Made by a program: the position numbers and the translations under genes. Positions 7,165 through 16,900 of a DNA stretch of 20,073 nt are shown piece by piece (position 1 is the first letter of the stretch; every line of letters starts with the position of its first letter). The DNA is from Pseudobdellovibrionaceae bacterium (GTDB taxonomy: Bacteria > Bdellovibrionota > Bdellovibrionia > Bdellovibrionales > Bdellovibrionaceae). The DNA lies in the NCBI GenBank assembly GCA_041288045.1, contig JBGGMM010000098.1, forward strand, positions 1 to 20,073, in the 5' to 3' direction. Below the pieces are notes generated by a model. That model was given only the letters and a program-made list of their open reading frames with translations. It was not told the DNA's origin and ran no database searches.

Positions 7165-9846
7165 ATGCTCAAAGTTGCTTTGCTCCGCCATCCTTCTGAA
7201 AAGTCTGCTTATCTTGAAGGTTTTGATGCGAACACCGCGACCTGGGTGGTTTCAGATCTGCGCAACAAATTTGAAATTCAACAGCGAATTCTCAAACAGC
7301 AAAATTTTTATGAAGACAACAGTGTTCTCAGAGCCAGCGAATTGTGGCGAATTCTGCACAAACGTCAATCGCCTGAAACCAAGATGATCTCAGGAGAATT
7401 CATATCCACTTGGGTGAAAGAACAAATCCGCAATCTTGGTCAGTCTGGCGATTCTGTGCAGCTGGGGCAGCAGGCCCATCAAGTGGTTCTGGAAATGATG
7501 GATTTGATGGCGTCGGTTCATACTCATTCTCTCGGAGCGCAAAGAATTCGGGAATGGTTTCGGGAAAATCCGGAAAGTTTACAGAGGTGGGGCGGTTGGT
7601 TTTTGCTGTCAGAGGAAATGTTTCAAAAATTGACCGAAGCCAAAACTCTGGCTCCGAAATGGGCTGCTTCTGATCTGCAAAATAAAGACAATTGGAAATC
7701 CTTTTGGGATCGTCCTTTGATTTTTGATCTTGGATCCCAGCTCAGTCAGGTGGAGGCGGATTTGATCCGTGCTCTGTCAAGAGACCTTGAAGTGCTTGTG
7801 TTGCTTCCTGAGCCCAGCTGGGCGAAAGAATTTGAATACCTTTTAAAGCCGTCTCAGTTCCTGCGTTCGCAGGCGCATGAGAAAATCTCTCTGCCGATCT
7901 CGCAGTCTATGTTGGACGGTTCGGAAATCGCCTTAAGATTTTCTGGAGTGTTAGCAGAGACAAAAAAAGCCTGTGAAATTGTTCGCGCTTGGCTCGAAGA
8001 AAAAATCCCACCTGAAGAAATCGCCGTGATTGCTCCAGATATTGAAAGATATTGGCCGCTTCTGCAACCTTTGTTTGAAGCCGAGGGCATTCCAGTCGCT
8101 AAAGATATTTTCAGCCGACTGCAGACTTTACCATCCGTTGCCGGTTGGATGTCAGGTCTTCGATTGGCTGCCAAAGATGTGAAGTATTCGGATTTAGAGA
8201 TGGCCCTGTTTCGTGAGGAATTTCCGATTCTTCGCTATGAAGAATTTTATTCGCTATTTGCCGAACTATTGAGTGACCAGGATCTCAATAGGCACGAAGT
8301 CGTCCAGCGTTCCTTTGAATCCCGCTATGCAATGAATGATGAGATCACTCGTGATGAATGGTTGGGTTTTTCGGTCAGTTGCTGGAAAGACCCCAAGGAT
8401 TTGGAACCGCTTGAAATTTGTTTTAAAGATATTTTCATGAACACGGACCCCAAATTGAAAATGCGAGTTTCTGCATGGATTCATTTATTGGAACAAATTG
8501 TCGCCAAGAAAGAAATTCGTTTGCAGAAGGGATCGCGCCGGGGGATTCAGCTGACCAATCTTTCTGCAGGAGATTCTTTGCAGATTCGCCATCGGATTTT
8601 TTTGGGTCTCACTGAATCCATGCTCAGATCGCCGGTTTCAAGTCTGCTTTCACCCAAAGAAATTCTCTCGATCTCCAATGAACTTGGATTTTCGCTTGAG
8701 CATCCCGAAGTCAGCTCCTGGGAGTTTGATCTAGCCTGGCTTTCCGAAAATCCGGGGATGAAGAATTATTATTTTTACCCGCAGACTGGCTTTTCTGGCG
8801 GGGCAGAAGCGCCCTGCGCACTTTGGCTGCGCAAAGCGGGAGCTGAAAGCGAAAGCCTCAGTCAGCCCCAAAAAATTCGTTGGGACTCTTTGCTGCGGGC
8901 GAAAGCAAAATGTTCATCATTTGAAGATGCAGTCGAGAATAAGACGATTTTATTGAATAAGCCTCTGTCGCTTTCTCCGTCCTCAATTGAGACTTACAGA
9001 AAGTGCCCTTTTGCGTTTGCGAGCCAAAAACTTTTTCGTTTGCAGGATCTGCCCATCATGGATTTGGATGTGGATCGAAGAACGCGGGGCCAGCTGGCTC
9101 ACGCTCTCTTAGAAAAGCTCTGCCAAGAGCCTCGACGCTTTGATTGGACCGATGAAGAGCTTCGTCAAATTGTGGAAGAGCTCAAAGACGAATTGGGTTT
9201 GGCTAAGACTGATCCTTTTATTTGGAATGGTTTGAAAGAGCGGCATTTGCAAATGGCGCTTCGATTTCTAAAATTTGAAAAAGAGTGGTTTTTGCTTTTT
9301 CCGCAGACGCAGACATTGGCTCGCGAAAAAGATTTTGAATTTTATTGGGATCTTGAAAATCAGACGGTTTCCCGGTCGGGTGATTGGAAGATCCGTGGCC
9401 GTATTGATCGCTTGGATCATGATCAACAAGGTCGTTTGGTTTTGATCGATTACAAGTTGACCGCCGGAGATTATAAAAATCACTCCAAATGGATTGAAAA
9501 CAATCAGCTGCAACTGGCACTTTATATGCTGGCGTTGGAAGAAGGGGTCATCCCTGAGCTGGAAGCACAAGATGTGGTCGGTGCATTTTATTACGTTCTT
9601 AAAAACATGAACCGGGACCGGGGACTGAAGGTCGAAGAAGGAGCTGGATCGCTTTTTCATTTGGACAAAAAGAAAAATCGGATCAATGAAGCAAAAAAAA
9701 TGGAATTGCTGCAAACTGTGAAAGCTGTCGTGCAAGAAGTGGTTTTTAAAATCAAATCCGGGGATTTCAATGCCAATCCTTTGGAACCTGAAAAATGTGG
9801 AGAATGCAATTGGAAGAATCTATGCAAAGCCCCCCATTTGAATTGA
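7165..9846 (+). CDS. addB: AddB-like subunit of the AddAB helicase-nuclease (inactive helicase-like region, PD-(D/E)XK nuclease, Fe-S cluster)
   Basis: LSPSSIETYRKCPF, RGQLAHALLE, IRGRIDRLD, LIDYK, QLALY and C-terminal CGECNWKNLC give a four-Cys iron staple. EIAVIAPD is present. It lies directly upstream of an UvrD-nuclease fusion. Confidence 0.9.
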   Translation: MLKVALLRHPSEKSAYLEGFDANTATWVVSDLRNKFEIQQRILKQQNFYEDNSVLRASELWRILHKRQSPETKMISGEFISTWVKEQIRNLGQSGDSVQLGQQAHQVVLEMMDLMASVHTHSLGAQRIREWFRENPESLQRWGGWFLLSEEMFQKLTEAKTLAPKWAASDLQNKDNWKSFWDRPLIFDLGSQLSQVEADLIRALSRDLEVLVLLPEPSWAKEFEYLLKPSQFLRSQAHEKISLPISQSMLDGSEIALRFSGVLAETKKACEIVRAWLEEKIPPEEIAVIAPDIERYWPLLQPLFEAEGIPVAKDIFSRLQTLPSVAGWMSGLRLAAKDVKYSDLEMALFREEFPILRYEEFYSLFAELLSDQDLNRHEVVQRSFESRYAMNDEITRDEWLGFSVSCWKDPKDLEPLEICFKDIFMNTDPKLKMRVSAWIHLLEQIVAKKEIRLQKGSRRGIQLTNLSAGDSLQIRHRIFLGLTESMLRSPVSSLLSPKEILSISNELGFSLEHPEVSSWEFDLAWLSENPGMKNYYFYPQTGFSGGAEAPCALWLRKAGAESESLSQPQKIRWDSLLRAKAKCSSFEDAVENKTILLNKPLSLSPSSIETYRKCPFAFASQKLFRLQDLPIMDLDVDRRTRGQLAHALLEKLCQEPRRFDWTDEELRQIVEELKDELGLAKTDPFIWNGLKERHLQMALRFLKFEKEWFLLFPQTQTLAREKDFEFYWDLENQTVSRSGDWKIRGRIDRLDHDQQGRLVLIDYKLTAGDYKNHSKWIENNQLQLALYMLALEEGVIPELEAQDVVGAFYYVLKNMNRDRGLKVEEGAGSLFHLDKKKNRINEAKKMELLQTVKAVVQEVVFKIKSGDFNANPLEPEKCGECNWKNLCKAPHLN

Positions 9847-12800
9847 TCGACATTGTCGTTCGTGCAGGGGCAGGGGCAGGTAAGACCACTGAACTCACCC
9901 ACAGAGTTCTTCGATTGGCCGAAGTGCAAAAGGCAAAAACCGGCCTCTATCCTCATTTTGTCGTTACCACTTTCACTCGAAAAGCCACTCAGGAGCTGAA
10001 AGAAAGACTCTTGACTGAGGCAATGAAAAGAAATGACACAGGCCTGGTGGATTTTGTTAAAAGGCCCAGCCAGCTGCACATTTCTACAATCCACGGGGTT
10101 TTAAGTTCTTATCTGAGTCGATTCGGCTCGATTTTGGGTCTCAGTCCGCAGATTTCGATTGTTTCAGATTCTAGAGAAAAATTTCAGCTTAAGAAAATCA
10201 TTCGCGAGCTCTGTCAGAACCAGGCTGTTTTCAATGAAAAATTTCAAGCGCTTTTAGAAAGTTCCGAATTTTCAGATTTGTTGGGAGCATTTGCTCAGTT
10301 TTTTAAATTGAAAATGCAATTTGGTGAAATTCCATTTCTGTCCGAAGCTGATTTTTTTAAAATTCTCTCAGAAAAATCAAAAGACCTTGTCAGGCAAATG
10401 AAAGAGGTCGCAGTTCTGATTCGCGGGGCTTCTTTGCCGGAAGCTTGGCAAGAGCTGGCTTTTTATTGTGAAAAGGTCTTGGGTGACCATGATCAATCCA
10501 AAGATTTGCAGAATTTTTGGCTTCGGGTGATTGAGAATTTTCCAGCTCCTAGAAAAAGCAAGCAAGTTCCGGATGAAGTGGCCGAGGCTCGCGATCGTCT
10601 GAAAGACGAATTTGAATTTTTTCAAAGCTGGCGAGTGTCATTGGAATTTTGGCAGATGCACACTGAGCTCTGTGAGAAATTCGCTTTTTGTGCCGAAGAA
10701 GTTGCCAATCAGCTTTTTGCCACCAAATTATTCAGTGGTGAAATCACCATGCAGGATTTAGAGACTTTGTCTCTGCGCTTGATTCGTCAGCATCCCGAGA
10801 CAGCAGCAGCTTTTTCGAAACAATGGGATTATTGGTTGGTGGATGAATATCAAGACACTTCGCCAGCACAAGTGGAATTGATCAAATCTCTGTCGCAGAG
10901 CTCTCGCAGTTTTGTTGTCGGCGATCCTCAGCAGAGCATTTATCTTTTCCGGGGAGCTCGGTCCGAGGTTTTCGCAGAGAAAGAAAAGCTGGTTCAAAAA
11001 CAAAATGGCATTCTCTTTTCAAAATTAATCAATTATCGATCACAGCCCGAGCTTTTGGAATTTTTTAATTTCATCTTTACGTCCTTAAGTTCCCAATTTC
11101 GAAAAATGCAGCCAAAGTCTGAGCCTCAGAAAAGGCCGACCGAACCTGTGGCTGAAATTTTTCAAGTGTGCAAAGACGCAGAAGCTGAGCAGGATCCTGA
11201 ATTTGAAGCTGTCCTCTATCGCTGCCAGGAGCTGGTTAAAAAAGGGGCGTCTTTAGAGACCGTCTGCGTGCTTTCTCGGAGCAATCGGGATTTGGAAGAT
11301 CTGGCCTGGCTTGCGCAAAAAATCGGTGTGCCAGTTCAAGTTCATTCGGCAGGTCGATTTTTTGAACGACGAGAAATTGTCGATGCTCTTTCGCTTTTGA
11401 AATTTCTCTGCAATCCCCATGACAATCGAAATCTTTTGCAGATTCTGAGATCGCCGCTGTTTCGCGTTCCAGATCAGTCGCTTTATGAATGGAGTCAGGA
11501 AGCCGGCGCTTCTTACTGGCTGAGCTTTTCAAAACATCCAGAGCCAGCCATTCGCAAGCTTCAACAGTATCTGATTCAAGCTCAAAGCACGGGGGCAGGA
11601 GCCACTTGGCGGGACCTTCTGGTGGATGAAGGTTATTTCAAATACGCCCATCATCTGGATCCGTCCGGAAGGCGTGAGGCCAACTTGTGGAAGCTGATTC
11701 AAAAAATTCGATCCGAGGAACGAAGACCGGGATTCAGTTATCTTGAATTTCTTAAAAATTTGGATTTGCGTTCTCTTTCCACAGAAGAGGTCGAAGAGGC
11801 CGACGCAGTTCCAGTGATTGAGCCGCAGAAAGTCCATTTGATGACTGTTCATGCTTCGAAGGGCTTGCAGTTTTCGCATGTGATTTTACCTAAACTGGGA
11901 AAGTCAGCTCCCAATCCGACAGCCGAATTTTTTCTATTTGATGAAAGTTCAGGACGCTGGACTCTCAGTCTTGTCGATCCCGAAGAGGGCAAGAAAGTTT
12001 CTTCGCTCAGTGGGTGGACTTTGTTGGAAACTCTTAAAAACCGGCAGCGAGAAGAAGAGGACCGCGTGCTTTATGTGGCCATGACCCGGGCCAAGGAAAG
12101 CGTCACTTTGATTTGGGAAGAAGGTGCCAAGAAAGCCTCACCTGCCGCTCGCTTGGCTTTGAATTTGGATGAGGGCTTGCATCAAAGCGAATTCTTCAGC
12201 TACCAGGTTCGCAAAGGCCGTTTTCAACCAGAGCCGATGGCTCTTTCACAGAATGAGGATTTAGGAGAGATCCCGGCTTTGGATTTGGGCTTTGAGCTCG
12301 AAGTCGAAACTTTCTCAGTCACTGAAATTTTGGATAAAAAACAAAGAGCCGAAGCGAAATCTGTGAAAACAGAAATGGCCGATGTGCAAAAAGCTGTGAC
12401 TGGTGTGGATGTCCATCGGATTTTGGAATCTTTGAAATACAGATGGATGAAAGATTCGGACTTTGATTGGCAAAACCTCTTGCCAGAGCTTTCAATCCAA
12501 CACCAAAAGGCCCTTCAATACGTAGCCCTCGATCGCCAGGGACAGTGGTTGGAGGTCATTCGCCAAGGCGAAGTCGAATTTGGTTTGGCAGTTCAATTTG
12601 ATGGAAAGCTGATTCAGGGACAAATCGACCTTTGGGGATTTGATTCCAAAGGTGAAGCCTGGGTGATCGATTATAAAACCGGAAGCCCTCGCTACCAGGA
12701 AAAAGCATTTCAACAACTGCAAATCTATTGCTGGGCTTTACAGAAAATCAAAAAAATCGAGGCCAACAAACCTGTGAACCTCGCTGTGATCTACCCCTTT

Positions 12801-12875
12801 TCGGAATCAACACTGATTCGCCGTGCGCCCTCTCTCGAAGAGATCGAGAGAGAGCTTCGATCGGTTCGCAGCTAA
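9822..12875 (+). CDS. addA: AddA-like subunit (SF1A UvrD-type helicase plus RecB-family nuclease)
   Basis: RAGAGAGKT, TFTRKATQELKER, STIHG, VDEYQDTS, VGDPQQSIYLFRGA, NYRS, MTVHASKGLQF and LYVAMTRAK helicase motifs; nuclease QGQIDL...IDYKTG...QLQIY. Start chosen at ATG 9822 (GGAAG upstream; 25-nt overlap with addB). Confidence 0.93.
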   Translation: MQSPPFELIDIVVRAGAGAGKTTELTHRVLRLAEVQKAKTGLYPHFVVTTFTRKATQELKERLLTEAMKRNDTGLVDFVKRPSQLHISTIHGVLSSYLSRFGSILGLSPQISIVSDSREKFQLKKIIRELCQNQAVFNEKFQALLESSEFSDLLGAFAQFFKLKMQFGEIPFLSEADFFKILSEKSKDLVRQMKEVAVLIRGASLPEAWQELAFYCEKVLGDHDQSKDLQNFWLRVIENFPAPRKSKQVPDEVAEARDRLKDEFEFFQSWRVSLEFWQMHTELCEKFAFCAEEVANQLFATKLFSGEITMQDLETLSLRLIRQHPETAAAFSKQWDYWLVDEYQDTSPAQVELIKSLSQSSRSFVVGDPQQSIYLFRGARSEVFAEKEKLVQKQNGILFSKLINYRSQPELLEFFNFIFTSLSSQFRKMQPKSEPQKRPTEPVAEIFQVCKDAEAEQDPEFEAVLYRCQELVKKGASLETVCVLSRSNRDLEDLAWLAQKIGVPVQVHSAGRFFERREIVDALSLLKFLCNPHDNRNLLQILRSPLFRVPDQSLYEWSQEAGASYWLSFSKHPEPAIRKLQQYLIQAQSTGAGATWRDLLVDEGYFKYAHHLDPSGRREANLWKLIQKIRSEERRPGFSYLEFLKNLDLRSLSTEEVEEADAVPVIEPQKVHLMTVHASKGLQFSHVILPKLGKSAPNPTAEFFLFDESSGRWTLSLVDPEEGKKVSSLSGWTLLETLKNRQREEEDRVLYVAMTRAKESVTLIWEEGAKKASPAARLALNLDEGLHQSEFFSYQVRKGRFQPEPMALSQNEDLGEIPALDLGFELEVETFSVTEILDKKQRAEAKSVKTEMADVQKAVTGVDVHRILESLKYRWMKDSDFDWQNLLPELSIQHQKALQYVALDRQGQWLEVIRQGEVEFGLAVQFDGKLIQGQIDLWGFDSKGEAWVIDYKTGSPRYQEKAFQQLQIYCWALQKIKKIEANKPVNLAVIYPFSESTLIRRAPSLEEIERELRSVRS

Positions 12876-13016
12876 AAATTTGATTGAAGATTAACTCTCA
12901 TTTTACTTGTTTGAACCTTTTTACAGGGCTGTTTAGTTAATCGTCGGTGGCCTTCATTTCGTTCATCTCTGAATAAGAGCCTAAAAGATCTAGAGACATT
13001 TTGGCCCTCATTTTTG

Positions 13017-13032
13017 CGGCACAGCTCGTGCT
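13017..13032 (+). promoter_or_regulatory. Putative sigma54 (RpoN) -24/-12 promoter
   Basis: CGGCACAGCTCGTGCT has exact GG-N10-GC spacing (consensus TGGCACN5TTGCW). It lies 70 nt upstream of the GTG and follows an AT-rich tract. Confidence 0.5.
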
Positions 13033-13102
13033 TAAGCAGCTGGCAGAGTTGGGCGCAAAGCTATGCATTTCGCTAACTTATAGCACCCATAAAGGACACT
13101 GA

Positions 13103-13933
13103 GTGAGAAACAAAAAAGCGATGATTTTGATTTTGATTTCATTGCTCGGCATGACCGCAGAGGCGCAGCAGAGCGCGAGCTCAATGTCGATGTCCAGTGG
13201 ACAAAAAAAGACAAATCCCTTTCACCTCACGGCCGATCTTTCTTTTTCAAGTAATCTGTATAAAGAAGATACTCCTCAAGCTGAACAATCGATGGTTTTG
13301 GATTTGATTCCGTCAGTGGATTTAAGCGAAAGAGTCTCTTTGGGCTCGAGATCGATTATCACTCAAAAGAGCACTCAAGGTGAGCAACGAGACACGACTC
13401 TTTCCAATACACAGATCAACTTGAAAATCAAAGGCCCTGATCTCACAAAAAATATTTCCACTGGAACTCTCGTGCGTGGGGTCGCTCCGACAGACGAGCA
13501 GGACCGAAAGTCCACAAGTTATCAGGGCAGCGCAGGGCTGGCGGGTCAATTGGCCTTTACGAAAGGCATGACATCTCTCAAGTACACTCTTTTGGGCCAA
13601 AGAAATTTTCATGGATATACAGTCGATGCTGAAGAGAGTCCCAACGTCCGCCAAACTCTGACCAATGATTTGGCTTTGGAACTTCAAGTGACTAAAAACT
13701 TTTTGATCTCGACTTCTGGCTTTTACAAGCAGGGTTGGACCTACAGAGATTTCAGCCGACAAACCTTTGGATATTCGGCAGGCATTGGATATGCCGTTGC
13801 TGACACTTGGTCGATTGGTGCTTCAGTTGAAACTGAGGGACAGGCGTTCAAGCCAAATGGGACTGATTCGAATATTAAATTTTATGATGAAAACACATCT
13901 GTCATTAAAGCCAGTGTGACTTTCACCAATTGA
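13103..13933 (+). CDS. Secreted probable ~12-stranded outer-membrane beta-barrel
   Basis: GTG start with AGGA SD, signal peptide ending AEA/Q, about 12 amphipathic strands (for example QTFGYSAGIGYAV, WSIGASVET, VIKASVTF). LSNTQINLK...VAPT resembles the COG4313/MetA-pathway barrel pattern. Confidence 0.7.
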   Translation: MRNKKAMILILISLLGMTAEAQQSASSMSMSSGQKKTNPFHLTADLSFSSNLYKEDTPQAEQSMVLDLIPSVDLSERVSLGSRSIITQKSTQGEQRDTTLSNTQINLKIKGPDLTKNISTGTLVRGVAPTDEQDRKSTSYQGSAGLAGQLAFTKGMTSLKYTLLGQRNFHGYTVDAEESPNVRQTLTNDLALELQVTKNFLISTSGFYKQGWTYRDFSRQTFGYSAGIGYAVADTWSIGASVETEGQAFKPNGTDSNIKFYDENTSVIKASVTFTN

Positions 13934-13946
13934 TGAAGGGGTATGT

Positions 13947-16900
13947 ATGAAGCTCAAAAATTTTCTTCTTTTTTCTGCTGCGATTTTAGTCCTCGCTGCA
14001 TGTACAAAAGAACTGGCCTACAAAGAGGCCGGGGATAAATTTGAAGACAAGAATAGAAACTTGGTCGATACCGAAGCCGAGTATCTGTATACAGCTTCAA
14101 CGGGATCCATCACTCGAACTTCTTCGTCTGCGATTCCCTTTGCATTGGATGAAAACCGAAGGGTGAAGTTGAAATGGGAAAAAGACGGACTCTATGTTCG
14201 GGAAACTGAGCGGGATTCACGTTACGCGGGTAATGATGTCAATAACAAGCCAGTTCTGGTGATTCCGGTTGATTACGTAGATTATCAATGCGCCAAAGAT
14301 TCCTACGGTGAATGTACAAATAAGGAAGAGCAAAGAACCGATATCAATTGGAGTGAAAGAGCTCAATTCAAAGTTAAACCCGAAGCGGCGAAATTCGTGG
14401 GCCTGAGCTTTTTGCCTTTTTTGGAAGAAGCCCTTTTTCCAGAAATGTTTAGATGCCACACCGAAATCGCCTCTAGGGTTGTTGATTTCAGACTTGAGAA
14501 AGATGCGATCAATATTTCAATTGAAAGGATTTTCCAAGTTGCCGGTCACTGTCTAGAAATCAGCCCCGATTCCAGCATCACTGGCGCAGCCACTGTGACA
14601 GCAGTTTTTCATTACTCAATGTTAAAATTGGATTCGGCTTTAAGCAAAGATTTTAAATCGGTGAGCTATCCAGATTTGGATTCTCAAAAATTCGGTTTTT
14701 TCACCACAGAGCGATCTCCGCTGGGTTCGGATAACATTGCTCATGAATCTGGCAAAAAAGTCATCATGAACCACTGGAATCCTAACCGAACAGAGATCAA
14801 CTACTATCTCAGTGACGAATTTGCGAAGCCTGAGAATAAACTCGTTAAAAAACTGACTTACCAAACAGTTGAAAACCTCAATGAAGGCTTGGCTGAGGCA
14901 GGGGTTCAGTTCCGGATTAAATTGAATGATCCAGATGCCAAAAATCCTGGTGACAACCGAAACAGCATGATTGTGTTAGTGGAAGATCCCGTGGCTTCTG
15001 GTCTTTTGGGATACGGACCACAAGTGGAAGACCCAGTAACTGGTGAAATCATCAGTGCTCGAACCGTGATGTTTCTTGGAACGATGAAATCGGCGATTTC
15101 TCGAACTTATGAAGGAATCCGGGAAGAGAAAAAGCGCCTTCGCGATTCTAAAGCCCAAGAGCAGATTCAGACCGATAACACTGCAAATGAACAACTCAAA
15201 GACGGGGGCTTGGTTATTGAAAATGGTCTGAAACAAAGAAGTCAGTTAACCAGATTCAACACCAAGAAATTGAAAATGTTGAATTCTTTGAAGAAGAAAA
15301 CTTCAAAAGTTGCAACTGATTCAAAGTTGAATAACGGTCAGATCATTTCAAAAGCTAAAGTGGCTCAACTGGTTAAAGACATCAAGAATTACAAACTTAG
15401 AAAAAATCTTGATTTCAATTCCGGATCTCACCTTTCTGATCTGAAACAGTCACACTTGGCTCACTTCCGCTACGTTCATGAGGTCAAAGGATGTTCATTG
15501 AGCGAAAAGACGGAAGGTTTCACTTCTGGATTGAGCGAAAAGATCACAGCATTGATTGACGACAATGCGAAGCCTTGGCATCAGCTCACTGAGAGTGAAA
15601 AGGACGCAATGATCAACAAGCTTCTGCCGGTGATGTGGATCCCAACGTTGATTCATGAAATGGGCCATAACTTGGGTCTGCGCCACAACTTTCAAGCTTC
15701 AGAAGACAAAGAAAATTTTTATTCGGAGACTGAATTGAAAGAACGTGGTCTCGAGTACCAAATGCCTTTCAACTCTGTGATGGAGTACGCTGAAGACACA
15801 TTGGCTTTGACCAAGCTCGGAAAATACGACATTGCAGCTTTGCGCTTTGGTTACAATCGTGAAGTCGAAGTCAAAGATGAGAAGACAAAAGGCTTTTCGA
15901 CGATCAAAATCGAGGATTCTCTGGGTCAGATGGTCAAAAATAAAACTCTGAAAGATGAGGATCTCAAGCCCTACGGTTATTGCACAGACGAGCATGCGGG
16001 AATCAACGCCGGCTGCCGCCGCTTCGACTTAGGCATTTCGATGACTGAAATCGTGAAAAATGCCATTCAGACTTACGAAGATGAATATCGCTTGGTGAAT
16101 TTTCGTCGGGATCGAGAAAGCTTTTCTTTGTTTGGCGATTATTCTCACGCTCAGCGACAGTACGGAAGGTTCGTAAGCCTTCGTTTGATGCAAGAAGTGG
16201 TCGATCGGCTTATTCCAATCCTTCCTCTCGAGTCGCCTGAATGGGAACAAGAGCCTTTCCTCAAGGACTTGAAGGATGCATCAACTTTGGCTGGACAGTT
16301 TTTGATGAAAGTTGTTGCGACTCCGGATCTTCACTGTGTGATTGCAAGCTCACAGGCGCCTGAGCAAATAATGGCTGTTCGCCCGATTGGAACGATTTCG
16401 GATCGTGAAACAAATTGTTTCAATCTTAAATTGCAAGAGCCTTACATCGTTCTTGGGCAATTCGGAAAGCTCTTCAATTCAAAGAAAGATCCAAACAGTG
16501 AAAATAACTACGCCGATCAGATCGATGTCCGCGGCTATTGGATCGACAAATTGATGGCCACTCGGGCCCTTTTCAATCGATCGCTCGACAGTTCGATCTT
16601 GGATAAAGAATTGAGAACTTTTGCTGATCGATCCGACATTCAGCCCATACTCCAGGAACTCATGCTCGCCCATATGTTGGGTCAGCTTGGCGGTCCTCAA
16701 GTAGTTGAATTGGCAGAAGGTGGAACGGCTGAGATTGATCTGCCTGTGGATACTTTTGAGTCGCAAGTGATCGATAAGCCAATGATCAAAGAATTGGCGG
16801 AGGCGCTCGGAATTCCAAACAGCCCGACAAATTTCAATCAACTTTTGGCTGAGACTGCTGTCAAGCAAATGCCTTCTGGACCATTTTCGATTTCTGGCCG

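Noticed and set aside
4082..12875. Single barrel-addAB operon for DNA uptake and processing
   Set aside because: Tempting given the 17-nt gap and the basic tail, but addB has its own near-consensus promoter, AddAB is cytoplasmic housekeeping, and no inner-membrane DNA channel is present.
13002..13066. Additional sigma54-like motifs TGGCCCTCATTTTTGC and GGCGCAAAGCTATGC
   Set aside because: GG-to-GC spacing is 11 nt rather than the strictly required 10.
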